Source of the DNA: Takakia lepidozioides
Lineage: Eukaryota > Plantae > Bryophyta
Direction of reading: 5' to 3'
Assembly: GCA_030704615.1 (NCBI GenBank)
Contig: CM060733.1
Span: 50,406,001 to 50,470,000, forward strand
DNA: 64,000 nt
The notes under the pieces are model-generated. The model was not told where the DNA came from. It did no database searches and saw only the letters and a list, made by a program, of their open reading frames with translations. Of this stretch, positions 40,193-51,600 are shown in pieces. Position 1 is the stretch's first letter, and each line of letters opens with the position of its first letter. The translations under genes were made by a program, and so were the position numbers.

Positions 40193-41059
40193 CGTGATTA
40201 CATGCACATAATAAATGCACCAATATGATTCCAATTGTCCGAATGGCGCTGTTGGTATTTTTGCAAGAATAGGCCTACCTTTGTCCTCGGGTACATGTCC
40301 TATTTCGAATACCGCACCACTCTGCGCTCACAACCACGAAAGCCAAGCTTACGCTTAGTGGGTCAATCGTAAGCATGGGCTCATAGGCTCACGTGAGCAG
40401 GCCTGCTCACGACGTAGCTTCCCTGCAACATTTGAACCTTGGAATAGCGTGGCGCTACACTTTGTGATAGGTGGCCTAAGAGCATATATTGAACCCAACA
40501 CGCCAACTTAATATAGTGGTATGCAATTTTGAGATGGGTTGGAACACGTCCACACCCTTGCCTCTGAACCTTATATCTCGTAAATGGCAAGTACTGTATC
40601 TCGGGCCCTGAACCCGAACGTAGTATATAGGACCCTGAACCTGCTCCTGAAAACAAGTCAACGTGACATGCTCAAATCAGAGAGCGCATGTCAGCAACTT
40701 GGCAGCGACCATGCCGGCTCTTACCAATGGGAATACCATAGGGGAATGAAGGAGCCAAACTGCGCGGGGATAACGTGGGCGATTCAGGGCCGGGGTGTGC
40801 GCGAGTCGGGGCTACCCCGCTACAGAACCCGATAGGGCTTGAATCAATCACGGTATCTTTGGTGTTACAAGGAGTATTTCGGGCTCAAGGGTGGAGATGC
40901 TCTAAGGAGAGGCCCTCTCGTGGGTCTGCCAATGGGGCATGAGGAGACCAGAGACTCTCCATGATCAAGAACCGTGGGCCGAGTGGGTGGGGTAACCATC
41001 TTTTTTTTGCGAGCCCCACTTTGTGTGGCCCGCGATGCATTCAAGACGCCATGTGAGAC

Positions 41060-41272
41060 ACTTTGTTTGTTTTGTTTGATTGTAGCATTCAAATCTCCCA
41101 AACCACGGGCCCAGCCCTGGTGCTTGGTACCATTGGAAAGCCCTCGATAAGGAGGGGTGCACCGACTTGGTCTCATGATTTTTGGACGTACGGTGTGGGA
41201 GATGTCGGATTTCAAGTACTTTTGGTCGTTGGAAATTCGTGAAAAATAGCAAAGTGGGCTTTCCTGGAGCAA
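41060..41272 (+). repeat. Repeat family R2 copy
   Basis: Aligns with the 27455-27680 and 53815-54040 copies. Confidence 0.8.
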
Positions 41273-42125
41273 TGATTGGATATAGTACTACTCAATAGAT
41301 TCATGGGAAAAAAAAATGGGTTTTTTCAATATATGAAGCAAAGTAGTTTGTTTTTTGTTTGTTGGCTTCTCCCTATAAGAGAAAGACCACGCATTGGTGC
41401 CAAAAAGGAGTAAGATCCTGGTATACCTCCACTAGATAATACCTATATGAAGCAAATAATCCTCCCCACTTAAATGTTAACTTGAATGTTCCTTGATTGG
41501 ATAAGACCCATAAATGAATCTTACACATGTAAATATTCATAAAGCAGAAATTGATCGAAGAACTATACCTTGTAACCATCGCAAAACCTAGATGTATTTT
41601 CTGTTGATATTTTGTGTGTTGGCTACATTGGTAGCATGATATGCACGCATATATCCAGACCGATATGGATACATTTTACTCTTACAAAGTGAAATGTCGG
41701 GAACTGAATAGCTCCATGTATGTGCCTTGGGTCTACTCTTGAATAACGTTATGTCTTGTGCTCCGCTCAAATGACATGATGGGATCTTTTGATATGTGGG
41801 AAGCAACCATTCAACCCCAACTCGGTGGATGTAGAGTGTAGGGTACTGAGGATATATGAGTCATGGTCACTTTTGAATGGACCTCTTTGAGCCAAGTCCT
41901 GAGTCGCGTGCAAGAAGATCGTAACCTGAGGAGAATACCTCAGACAGTGAACAACAGGCTCAAGGCTGGGCAATGGAGTTGAAGACGACTTATACTCTAA
42001 CTGGTGGTTTGTCCATCAGGATGCATGGAGAAATGTAACGATTTGCTGTTATGGCGAGGGAACTGGTATGGCTTCCATGCTGCTTGCATTGAAGTCTTTA
42101 TTGCCTCATTGCAACATAGAGCCTG

Positions 42126-42437
42126 TGTCAAGTTATTTTACCACTGATGTGAAGTTAGATAGGAAATAGCAAGCTTTTATATATTGACATTTGGGATTGA
42201 CCCAAGTGTCAATCCAGGGGCCAATACATGTTTGTCTGGCGTTGTTATCTTCACGGCAGATCGCGGTGGGCTCATCTTTCTCGAGTTGAGCCTCACCGCG
42301 TCTAGCTATGGCGTCGTAGTGTGGATTCCCCATGGCGTGGGGTGCACTGGCTCGACTTAATATATGAGTGATGTTTTCATGTGCAAGTGTGTGAGTTTGA
42401 GAAAGCTTGTATGCTTGTATCATTCCTTTCCTTATCA
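42126..42437 (+). repeat. Terminal direct repeat A1
   Basis: TGTCAAGTTATTTTACC...CTTATCA; roughly 95% identical by eye to 50963-51279; TATA-like TTAATATAT near 42357. Confidence 0.9.
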
Positions 42438-44250
42438 CTCGAGAAAGATCAGCTCGAGTCTGTGAGTGCCAGGTATCTAGTGTAAATATTAATTATTCAG
42501 TAAACAACAACAAATTAATTTCAACTAATCAACTTTAGTATTTCTTTTCGGTTCGAGTTAGTTGTAGCACTTGTGTTTTCAGATCATGAGAAGCGATTCA
42601 GCCTAGAGTGCAGGGAGCCATGCATGAGCCTATCCAAAGCGGATAGAGTGCAAAGGTGAACAGGTTGCAGGTTTGTCATGGATAGAGAGGCGGGTAGCCT
42701 ATGTTGAAGAGTGGCGTTGCATAGCTCAATGCTATGGCAACCAAGTTTGGGCTTCTAGTGTGAAGCGGAGGAGATGCTGGCCACGTGTGGGCGAACTGGT
42801 GGTCGTCTTCTTCAGCTGCAGGTCGAGTTAAGGAGCTACTAAAATGTGGGCTGCGCATGGGAAGTTAGCATGTTGCAGGTTGGAGATGATATGATCAGCT
42901 CCAAGTATCTGCCCGAAACGAGTTGTTGCGGGTAGATGAGGAGCAGCCAAATGGCGGAGCTGCGAGGGGATGCATCGCAGCCTGTTGGGAGCTGCAGCTC
43001 CAAGCTCATGAAGAGGTATGAGTGAAGAGAGGGGGCTGGTCCCTCTTGTGTGCAAATCAGTGCACTTGTGAAACATGTGCTGAGTTGGAGTTTCAATCTG
43101 AAACTCAACAGTGTAAGGGCTCTTGGAGTGGCAAGAGCGGGGCTGGAAGGGCAGCAGTGAGGCGTCCTAGAGCCAAGGAATGTGCAGTAGAAGTGCAGGT
43201 ACACCAAGTTTATCAAGGTGTGTATTTTCAAATTCACTTTTGTGAGCTTCATGAAGAAAATGGAGCTTGTTGGGCAGCATATAGCTTGCTTGTTGAGTTG
43301 GAGGCACTTCAAGTGGGCCGTGAGAGCTCAGGAGTGCAAGGTGACGGGGTTGATGGTTCCGCAGAAGCCATAGCTCGTCGGCAGCAGGTGCAGGAGCAAA
43401 CCCCAGCTCGGGAACGCGTGGGAACGCCGGAAACGCCTCGGGAACGCATGGGAACTCGTTGGGAGTTCCAGGGAACGCAAGGAATAGTGGCCGTGATGGA
43501 CCATTGGGGTGGTATCACGAGATACCACGAGCCCAGATCGTGATGGTTGACCGTGACCATTGACCGTGACCGTTGGAAGCCGTTGTGAGGACACAACGGG
43601 TTGGCACGATGACCAGATCGTGAGGATGGCGGGCCGTGAAGGCTCGTGGGAGTGGTACCACAGGGTATCACTGGGCAGCCCGTGGCCAACGAGTGCCTAG
43701 GGCGGGCCGTGAGGAGTAGTGGCGGTTGGAGCCACCGAAGGCCGAACAGTTAGAGTGAAAAAAAAAAAAAAACTAGGCCGAGACCTTTCTGTAGGTGGAG
43801 GTAAGAGTCAGTCCGGGTTTGGGCTGGGTTGCAGGAGCGACACTGTGGAGAGATTTTTGGTGTGGGGGAGTTGTTGTTTTCATTCTTGTGTTTGGATCCC
43901 CTCCACACCTGCATGCTTGATTGTGCGCCATGCTAGTTTTGTGTGGGCGCTTGATTTTATAGGTGGTGGACTCGGGCTTTATCGCCGATCCCACCCTAGA
44001 GCATGCTGTCAATGGTGAGGCTGGGTTGATGACCAGTCAGACCATCTTTGTTTCTCCTGTGGTGAGGTTGGAGGTGATGACCAGCCAACCATAGGAGTGC
44101 CTGCGGTGGATGCAGGTGCAGGTGCAGGCTATGTTAGGAACCTAGTATTCCAAACCATAAGCCGCATCAGGTTCTCTACCCGGTTACCTTGTGGAGAGGG
44201 GGTTAGAGATATGTTCATGACCGGTTGAGTGTCAGTTTGTCAACACGGAG

Positions 44251-45630
44251 GTGCCACTAGTTGCTGGGGAAAGTGCCGGTACGAGCACTAACGATACTAG
44301 CGGGTATACGAGACGAGGTGTGCGGTTTAGGCCACCTTCACCTCCTGTGTCTTCTACGAAAGGTTCTAATTCGGATTGTGAATCAGGAAGACTCACACCG
44401 GCGGTGCAAGTTGTTTCCTTACCATTGTTGTGGGACACGATGGAGGAGATGTATGGAGCCACCAAGGGGCCACGAAGGTACTTTGGGGCAGTGGGCACCA
44501 TTGAGTTGGATGATTTTATCCAAGAGTCTGATAGTTGGTGTGACTTGCAGCAAATGCGCAATCCACAACTGTTTACGCCTTTCATGGCATGGAAGGGGCT
44601 GTTTCAGCACCTTCAGGGGCCGCCCATGGACGATTACCATGAGTTTAGGCGGGGGCACGATGTTGAGATCAAGGAGTAGATGATGTACTAGTCACCCGAC
44701 TATGTCTCCATCACTAGAGGCACAAGGGAAGCAGCCACACCGGCAACTGCACCAGCAGCAGCAGCTACAACAGCAGCTTCTACGAGCAGAAGTGGGACTA
44801 GTGGTACAGCAACTACGACGGCCACCCAAGTTACTGCTGCACCAGCACCAGTGGCGGTGCCTACCTTCAACCCTATTGTGAAGTTCTTCGAAGAGTTGAG
44901 AATGAACTACCAAGGGGTGAGGACAGAGAAGTTGAGGAGCTTGCAAGAGTTCCAGAGGAAGCCTACTGAGAGCTTGAGGGAGGCTTTCACTTGCATGAGG
45001 CGCTTGATAAATGTAACCCAAGGGATTACGGAGGCTCAGGCAGTCCAGTTCTGGTACGGGATATTGGACAATGAGCTGAGGAGAAGGGTGCGGGATGCAA
45101 CTCTCCTATAAGCGGCCCAACCCACCTTAGCAAATGTGTTTTTGCTGGCAGAGCAGATAGAGCTCAACATGGTGGAGGAACGAGTGGTCATGGTGGGATT
45201 TGCTAAGGAGGCACCACGGGGTAGTGGTGCTCCTAGCCAGCCACTACCTCAACGTGCTCAAGGCAACAAAGGGGCTTAGGTGAAGCCCAGGGAAGGACAG
45301 AGAGGACCTCAGATGTAGGGGTCTCTCCCTTCATTTGCAAGCCAACAACGGGCGGATGTGGTGTGCTGGACATGTGGAGGACCCCATGTCAAGAAGGATT
45401 GCCCAGAGGGAGGCAATGGTTTGGCACCGGCACAGCCTGCACAGGTGCAGTGTGGGCATTGTGGCAGATACGGGCATGGAGAGGCCCAGTGCTATGGTTT
45501 GTACCCTGAGTTGTGCCCAGGCCAGTTCCAAGGGAACAATGGTGGCCGGGGGCGAGGTGGAGCAGCCCAGAGAGGACGAGGTGGCCAGGCACGAGGTGCA
45601 GGCCAAGGGCAGGCTCAACATGGCCAATGA
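44251..45630 (+). pseudogene. Retroelement gag with two zinc knuckles
   Basis: Retrotransposon-gag-like LQEFQRKPTESLREAF..QAVQFWYGILDNELRRRV; CWTCGGPHVKKDC and CGHCGRYGHGEAQC; single frame with in-frame stops. Confidence 0.85.
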
Positions 45631-45792
45631 CACGGAGGTCAGGGTGGTGACCAAGGCATGGCCAACCGGCTTCAACAGCTAGAGCAGAGGCTCGCTGCCA
45701 TGGCCACAGCTCAGGTGGTACCGGCTCCAAGGCTGGATGGTCCACCTCCTGCTCCCGAGGGAGGAAACTTAGGAGGCATGGGATTCATGTGC

Positions 45793-45970
45793 GGGGCAGC
45801 ACTACCACTAGTGAGGGGTGCCACTACCACTACCACTATGGGTGGGGCACCACTACCATTGGTGAGGGGTGCCACTACCACTACCACTGTGGATGGGGCA
45901 CCACTACCACTAGTGCCGGGCAGTACTACCACTACCACTATGTGCAGGGCAGGACTACCACTAGTGCAAG
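45793..45970 (+). repeat. 60-bp in-frame tandem repeat x3 in the gag-protease linker
   Basis: Encodes GAALPLVRGATTTTTM / GAPLPLVRGATTTTTV / GAPLPLVPGSTTTTTM. Confidence 0.85.
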
Positions 45971-46557
45971 TGGAGTCAGCTGCGGCAGTGACTCGAGGAG
46001 CAGCACGAGTTCCTGAGCCACGGGGTGCGGAGGTGGAGTTGGATCCATAGCGTGGGGAGGCAAGCCGTCAGGCCAGGCTTCCTCGGTCATTCACATTGGC
46101 GGAGATAGTGTCGACGCTGTCCATGGCACCTAGTTCCCGCCCGACTGTTACCAAGGCGGAGGTTACTATGCCATTGGGGAGTGCTACACGGGCAGCACCA
46201 CTCCCTAGTGTTGCCAAGGCTACGACAACTAGTGTGCTGCTGGGGGCGGCCACAGCTGTGTGTCAAGCTCTATTGTTCTCAGCTACCATGATTGCGATAC
46301 CGGGGGTAAGACCAGCTGAGGTGTTCAGGCTGGCAGCGACACTCTGTGAGAGTGGGGAGGTTACTTCATCTTCTGCGGAGATAGTGGGAGGTGTAGTGCC
46401 GGAAGGATCCTCGGATGTGAGGGTCAAGACTGCCACGGCGGCGCCATGGCAAGCTGCAGCTGCCAGGTTGATGGAGCTATCAGCTAGGCCAGCCATTGAG
46501 CGCGCCATGGTGACACCTGGAGTTGTCATGTTAGACAACTAGGATGGCATTTTCTGT

Positions 46558-46930
46558 TTGAGTGGACCGGCAGGCAAGAGGTACCGGCCACTGCGGGTCT
46601 TGTTGGACTCGGGAGCTCAGCCATTGATGCTGGGCAGAGCTGCTATTGCAGGCTTGGGCCTCACAGAGGCGGATATGGAGCCGTGCCCTTTCCAGATACA
46701 GACATCTCTGGGAGGATCAGAGCAGGCTCAGGGCATGACATGGCGTGAGTTGGCTGTCAGACTACAGCCGGATCATCCTATAGATGGCTCAGTGATGAGA
46801 GCCAAGGCCATTGTGACAGACGCGGTCTCGTACGATGTCTTTGTTGGTGGGGCAGTGTTGTACCCCATGGGCTTCACCCTGGATTTTTGGGAGGAGTCAG
46901 CTTCCTATAGGCCTGGATGGCAGTCAGGGG
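46558..46930 (+). pseudogene. Retroviral-type aspartic protease
   Basis: RVLLDSGAQPLMLG catalytic motif; YDVFVGGAVLYPMGFTLDF C-terminal motif. Confidence 0.85.
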
Positions 46931-47299
46931 AGGGCCGGCGTGTGCAGCTCCCTGCGACGATCATAGGAGGAGTTGCGGTTGCCCAGCGAGGCAAGATGCC
47001 AACACTGATAGCATTCACAGCTCCATGACTTGGCCTGGAGAGTTGTTGGATGACAACACTCATTCAGAGGATGTGTCACCTCCGGGAGAGTAAGATGACA
47101 TGTATGGTATAGCGGAGTTGCCTGCCATGGTTGCTCATACTCCATTGTGGGGCTCGAGCAAGGATTTGCAGCGGGTTGCTGATTGTCGTGTACAACGGTA
47201 GAGGCTTTTGTACCGTCAGGAGAGAAGGACAGTGCGGGAATTACACCAGGACCACCTCAGTTGTTACCATTGGACACCACACCGATTGTGTGGCCGTGT

Positions 47300-48260
47300 C
47301 CGGATGAAGGCATTTGCCTTCTGGACTTGTTTGGCGGGATCAGCACCGGATTGGTTGCTGTTCTACAGGCAGGTGTACGAGTACGGCGTTACTTGTATGT
47401 GGAGAAGGATGAGACTATACGACGCGTCTCACTCCGTCATATTGCTCAGTTGGTGTAGCAGTACCCTGAGTTGTTGCCGGTGTCTGCGATTCGTGGATAT
47501 CAGGCCTTGCCAGCAGACATCTCTTTGCTGGGGACGCAGGATTTGGAGCGGGTTGGCTTCATTGATCTGGTAGTGGCAAGTTGGCCCTGCCAAGGATATT
47601 CATCAGCCGGGCATGGCAATGGATTGCGAGACTCGAGGTCAGGTCTGTTTTGGGAGACGGTACGGGTTTTGCGCCACTTACAGCTTCATGAAGCTGTATC
47701 TCCAGCATACATCTTGGAGAATGTGCCACTGATGGGCAATTCTCGGGCCAGGATGATGGCTAGTATGCACCAAGTCCGGTCGTGGCTTGGGTCAGCAGTG
47801 TTGCTGGATGCAGCTACAGTGGGGTCACGGGCTCATCGTCCACGGCTTTGGTGGACTAACTTGATGCCACCCGCACTGCTCAAGCGTGCATTTGATGGGG
47901 TACAACGGCCAGCACACCTCACAGTGGATAGCATTTTGGACACAGGGAGGCAGTCTCAGCATGTGAGACACGATGACCGTTCGTCTTTGGCAGTGGTCAA
48001 CAAGGTGGGTCAACCACGAGCAGCACTACCTACACTGCTCAGCTTCCCAGAATCGCATGTTTTCCGGGATAGTAGACTTGGCCTCCTGTGGGATGCTCAA
48101 TTGCAGCAGTTACTGGAGCCTAATGCCGACGAGCAAGAGCAGGCTATGGGTTTTTCCACTGGGACCACGGCGGTGCTTTCTCTTTCTAAGACATCACGTC
48201 GTCAGGTTTTGAGGCAAGCAATGGATCTAAATTGCTTGACCTGGATTATCAGCTTGTCTA
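47300..48260 (+). pseudogene. DNMT3-like C5 cytosine DNA methyltransferase domain within the retroelement polyprotein
   Basis: Motif I LLDLFGGISTG, II YVEKD, III ADI, IV DLVVASWPCQGYS, VI YILENV, VIII AHRPRLWWTNL, IX EQEQAMGF, X RRQVLRQAM, all in one frame with a single TAG at 47456. Confidence 0.92.
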
Positions 48261-48719
48261 TGGCTAAGCAACGTAGAGTGCGGAGTGCACTTCCCTTGAC
48301 GGTCTCTCTACCTACCGAGACGGTACAGGCAGTGAGTGAGGGCGAGCCGGTGAAGACCACAGGGTGTAGACATCTATGGCACACCTGGGATGTGCTCGAG
48401 GTTCAGAGGGAGTTGGCAGCCAAGGCGGCACTGATGGATGAGGTTGGGGATTCTTCTCGGGTTCAGGAGGTCCTCAAGGATGAGATGATGGGGTAGGATG
48501 AGCCTTGTCATTGACTGAGCAGGTAGGGAGTACTGCTCAAGAGGTTGCGGCATAGCAACCACGGGACGCGTCCTCTACCTCTAAGTCTATTGGACTTAAG
48601 GTAGTAGTTACGAAGGGCAATTGGGAGCCTGACATTGGACCTATTGTCACTAGAGGAGAGAGACAACGTATACGACGGTTCCTGAGGCTTACAGGAATTG
48701 CTTTGCCTCTCGTGCTACG

Positions 48720-50280
48720 GTGGAGGAGTATGAGAGACATGTTCAGATTGTGCATCGACCGGGTTTGGTCAATAGGGATGCGGATGGATTGAGTCGCAAT
48801 CCATGCACGAGCCAGCAGGATGACACTGGAGCTCGGTGGCATGGTGAGACGGACGAGGAGATGGTGCCGGGATGGTATGCATCTGCCTTTTTGTGTATCT
48901 TGGCATCGGGAGGTCAGGTTGGACCTACAACATGGATGATTGTAGACGGAGTGTCTGAGGACCCTGAGGCTAGTGATGAGCCAGGTGGTGCCAAAGATAT
49001 ACATGAGGATTCGGTTGTGTTGGACTACCTCCGCACTAGAGACACGGCAGCTAGTGTGACTGCCAAGGAGAGGGATCGGATCCTACAATGAGCCAAGAGG
49101 TTCAAGTGGGAGGGGATACACCTGCTTCGAGTGTGGGAGGATGGTCGGGTGAGGATCGTGCCTCACCCAACACAGCATGCACGGTTAGTGCGGCATGCCC
49201 ATGAGGAGTTGGGGCATTTTGGAGTGCGACGCACTCATAGTTTATTGCAGGGGCAGTATTGGTGGCGTGGTATGCACACAGAGGTGCAACAGTTCATGGC
49301 TAGGTGCATGGTGTGTGACAGGGTGCGTGCTTCATTCAACGCCCCTACACCACAGTTGCATCCTTTACCCATCATGGGATTGGGCTATAGGTGAAGTCTT
49401 GACTTCGTAGGGCATTTGCCACTGACGATGCGTCACCACAGATATGTGTTGGTGATGGTGGAAGTGGATTGAGTTGGTTCCATTGCCTGACAAGGCTAGT
49501 GAGGGGGCTGCGTATGCATTCCTGGATCGTGTGCTTAGCCGATTCGGTGCTCCAACTGAGGTATTCACGGACCAAAGAAAAGAGTTCTTGGGGGAGTTTT
49601 AGGTTTTGTGTGATAAAGCCTTGATAGACCACCGTACCACTTCTCAGGATCATCTTGAGGCCGATGGCTTGGCAGAGAGAGTGGTGCAGACGGTGAAGAG
49701 GGGTTTGCGCAAGTATGGCTTGCAAAAAAGACACCTAGGAGATTGGGATCTTCAGGTACCTTGGCTAGCCATGGGCTACAGGTTTAGCAAGCAAGCATCA
49801 CTTGCCTCATTCTCACCATATTTCCTTCTCTTTGGCCGAGAGCCAGATTTGCCAACGTCTATTCGCAGGGAGGCTGCAGTAGTCCTCAACCTTGATAATT
49901 CGGATGTGTGGACACAAGCATGTGCCCAGCGGGCAGAGTTGTTCAAGAGAGTCATGCCTATGGCTTTTGAGAATCTTGCTATTGCCCAACACCGAGACAC
50001 ATTGAGGTATGTCACTATACGTGGAGGGGGATATCGGCCAGGTGTTCGGCGTTTCCACCCTGGGGACTATGTGTATCTGCAGCAGACGGCGCCTATGACC
50101 TTAGATGTCACAGCAGGACGTGTGATTCTAATGGTCAGGGAGGTGTTGCCTTCAGGAGTGTTGATTCTGGAGGGTCAAGATGGCATGGTATGGAAGGACC
50201 ATGTGCGTAATTGTGTGCCATGTCACCTTCCACATGTGGATGGGAGGATAGATCCCAACCTTGCAGAGGTACCTGCAAGG
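48720..50280 (+). pseudogene. RNase H C-terminal remnant plus DDE integrase
   Basis: IVHRPGLVNRDADGLSRNP; HHCC AHEELGHFG..CMVCDR; core SLDF, FTDQ..EF, ADGLAERVVQTVK, SPYFLLFGREP. Confidence 0.9.
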
Positions 50281-50286
50281 TTGCGT

Positions 50287-50430
50287 TGCATGCTATGTGG
50301 GCATGCTCGTGGTGCCGCCACTATGCTGGTGTGTGATTGATGCTCAAGAGGTTGGCACATGGGATGCTTGACACCACCTCTTGAGAGGGTTCCTGATGGA
50401 GATTGGTTATGCCCACACTGCTTGGGATAG
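50287..50430 (+). pseudogene. PHD finger at the integrase C-terminus
   Basis: CMLC..[32 protein letters not shown] is a complete C4HC3 pattern with one TGA. Confidence 0.92.
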
Positions 50431-50660
50431 TGACAGTGGATATGACTAGTGGCAGCTCACAAGACATAGGAGGCCAAGCTCATATGAGTCAATACCCAAG
50501 ACGACGACTAACGATGGGGCAACTCTTGTACCCGGCCTCTTGATCTATTGAGTTTGAGTGTAGTAGGGACAATGGTGGAGGACCTAGTGAGGCTATGACC
50601 ACTATCACATCTTGTGGCTACCTGGACTTAGAGACACCTAAGCGTCAGCTAGGGGGGCGA

Positions 50661-50960
50661 TTTAGTGGCTGCACTAGTGGTGCCTAGTGACAGCCTAGTG
50701 GTTGGACTAGTGGCTGCACTAGTGGGGGCTAGTGACAGCCTAGTGGTTGGACTAGTGGCTGCACTAGTGGCGGCTAGTGGCAGCTAGTGGCAGCCTAGTG
50801 ATTGCACTAGTGGTGGCTAGTGGCTGCACTAGTGGTGAGTAGTGGTTTGTCTAGTGGTGCACTAGTGGTAGACTAGTGATAGACTAGTGTTTGGTGTGCA
50901 TATATGTTGTGTGGTTTTGGACAGCGATGTAGTTGTGTAGCGATATGTATACGCACGACA
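50661..50960 (+). repeat. Direct repeat B1 (CTAGTGG array), preceded by the purine tract AGGGGGGCGA at 50651-50660
   Basis: Homologous to 51281-51600; both end GCACGACA. Confidence 0.88.
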
Positions 50961-50962
50961 GC

Positions 50963-51279
50963 TGTCAAGTTATTTTACCACTGGTGTGAAGTTAGCTAGG
51001 AAATAGCTAGCTTTTATATATTGACATTTGGGATTGACCTAAGTGTCAATCCAGGGGCCAATACATGTTTGGGCACCTGACGTTGTTATCTTCACGGTAG
51101 ATCGCGGTGGGCTCATCTTTCTCGAGTTGAGCCTCACCGCGTCTAGCTATGGTGCCGTAGTGTGGATTCCCCATGGCGTGGGGTGCACTTGGCTCGACTT
51201 AATATATAAGTGATGTTTTCATGTGCAAGTGTGTGAGTTTGAGAAAGCTTGTATGCTTGTATCATTCATTTTCTTATCA
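50963..51279 (+). repeat. Direct repeat A2
   Basis: Copy of 42126-42437. Confidence 0.9.
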
Positions 51280-51280
51280 T

Positions 51281-51600
51281 TGTGATGGACTAGTGGCTGC
51301 ACTAGTGGTGGCTAGTGGCAGCCTAGTGGTGGACTAATGGTTGCACTAGTGGTGGCTAGTGACAGCCTAGTGGTTGGACTAGTGGCTGCACTAGTGGTGG
51401 CTAGTGGCAGCCTAGTGGTTGAACTAGTGGCTGTACTAGTGGTGGACTAGTGGCTGCACTAGTGGTGACTAGTGGTTGTCTAGTGGCAGCTTAGTGGTGC
51501 ACTAGTGGTGGACTAGTGATAAACTAGTGTTTGGTGTGCACATATGTTGTGTGGATTTGGACAACGATGGAGTTGTGTAGCGATATATATGCGCACGACA
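51281..51600 (+). repeat. Terminal direct repeat B2 (CTAGTGG array)
   Basis: Copy of B1; followed directly by the TSD CCTG. Confidence 0.88.

Larger units (their letters stand above)
42126..51600 (+). mobile_element. Decayed Ty3/Gypsy-type retroelement: gag-protease-C5 DNA methyltransferase-(RT/RH deleted)-integrase-PHD, with split direct repeats
   Basis: Termini TGTC...GACA; 4-bp TSD CCTG (42122-42125, 51601-51604); Gypsy domain order (integrase after RNase H remnant); repeats A1, B1, A2, B2. Confidence 0.88.

Noticed and set aside
42126-42437. Hammerhead ribozyme (retrozyme) in repeat A
   Set aside because: No CTGANGA...GAAA core in the right structural context on either strand.
47300-48260. 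MTase as a host DNMT3/DRM gene or bacterial contamination
   Set aside because: It is intronless, collinear between protease and RNase H/integrase remnants, and decayed like the rest of the element.
42126-51279. A1 and A2 as the conventional LTR pair
   Set aside because: Flanks do not match (CCTG vs TTGT), there is no PBS after A1 or PPT before A2, and the TSD appears only when B2 is included.
50661-51540. CTAGTGG arrays as a CRISPR array
   Set aside because: No unique spacers, units only 10-12 bp, eukaryotic context and no cas genes.
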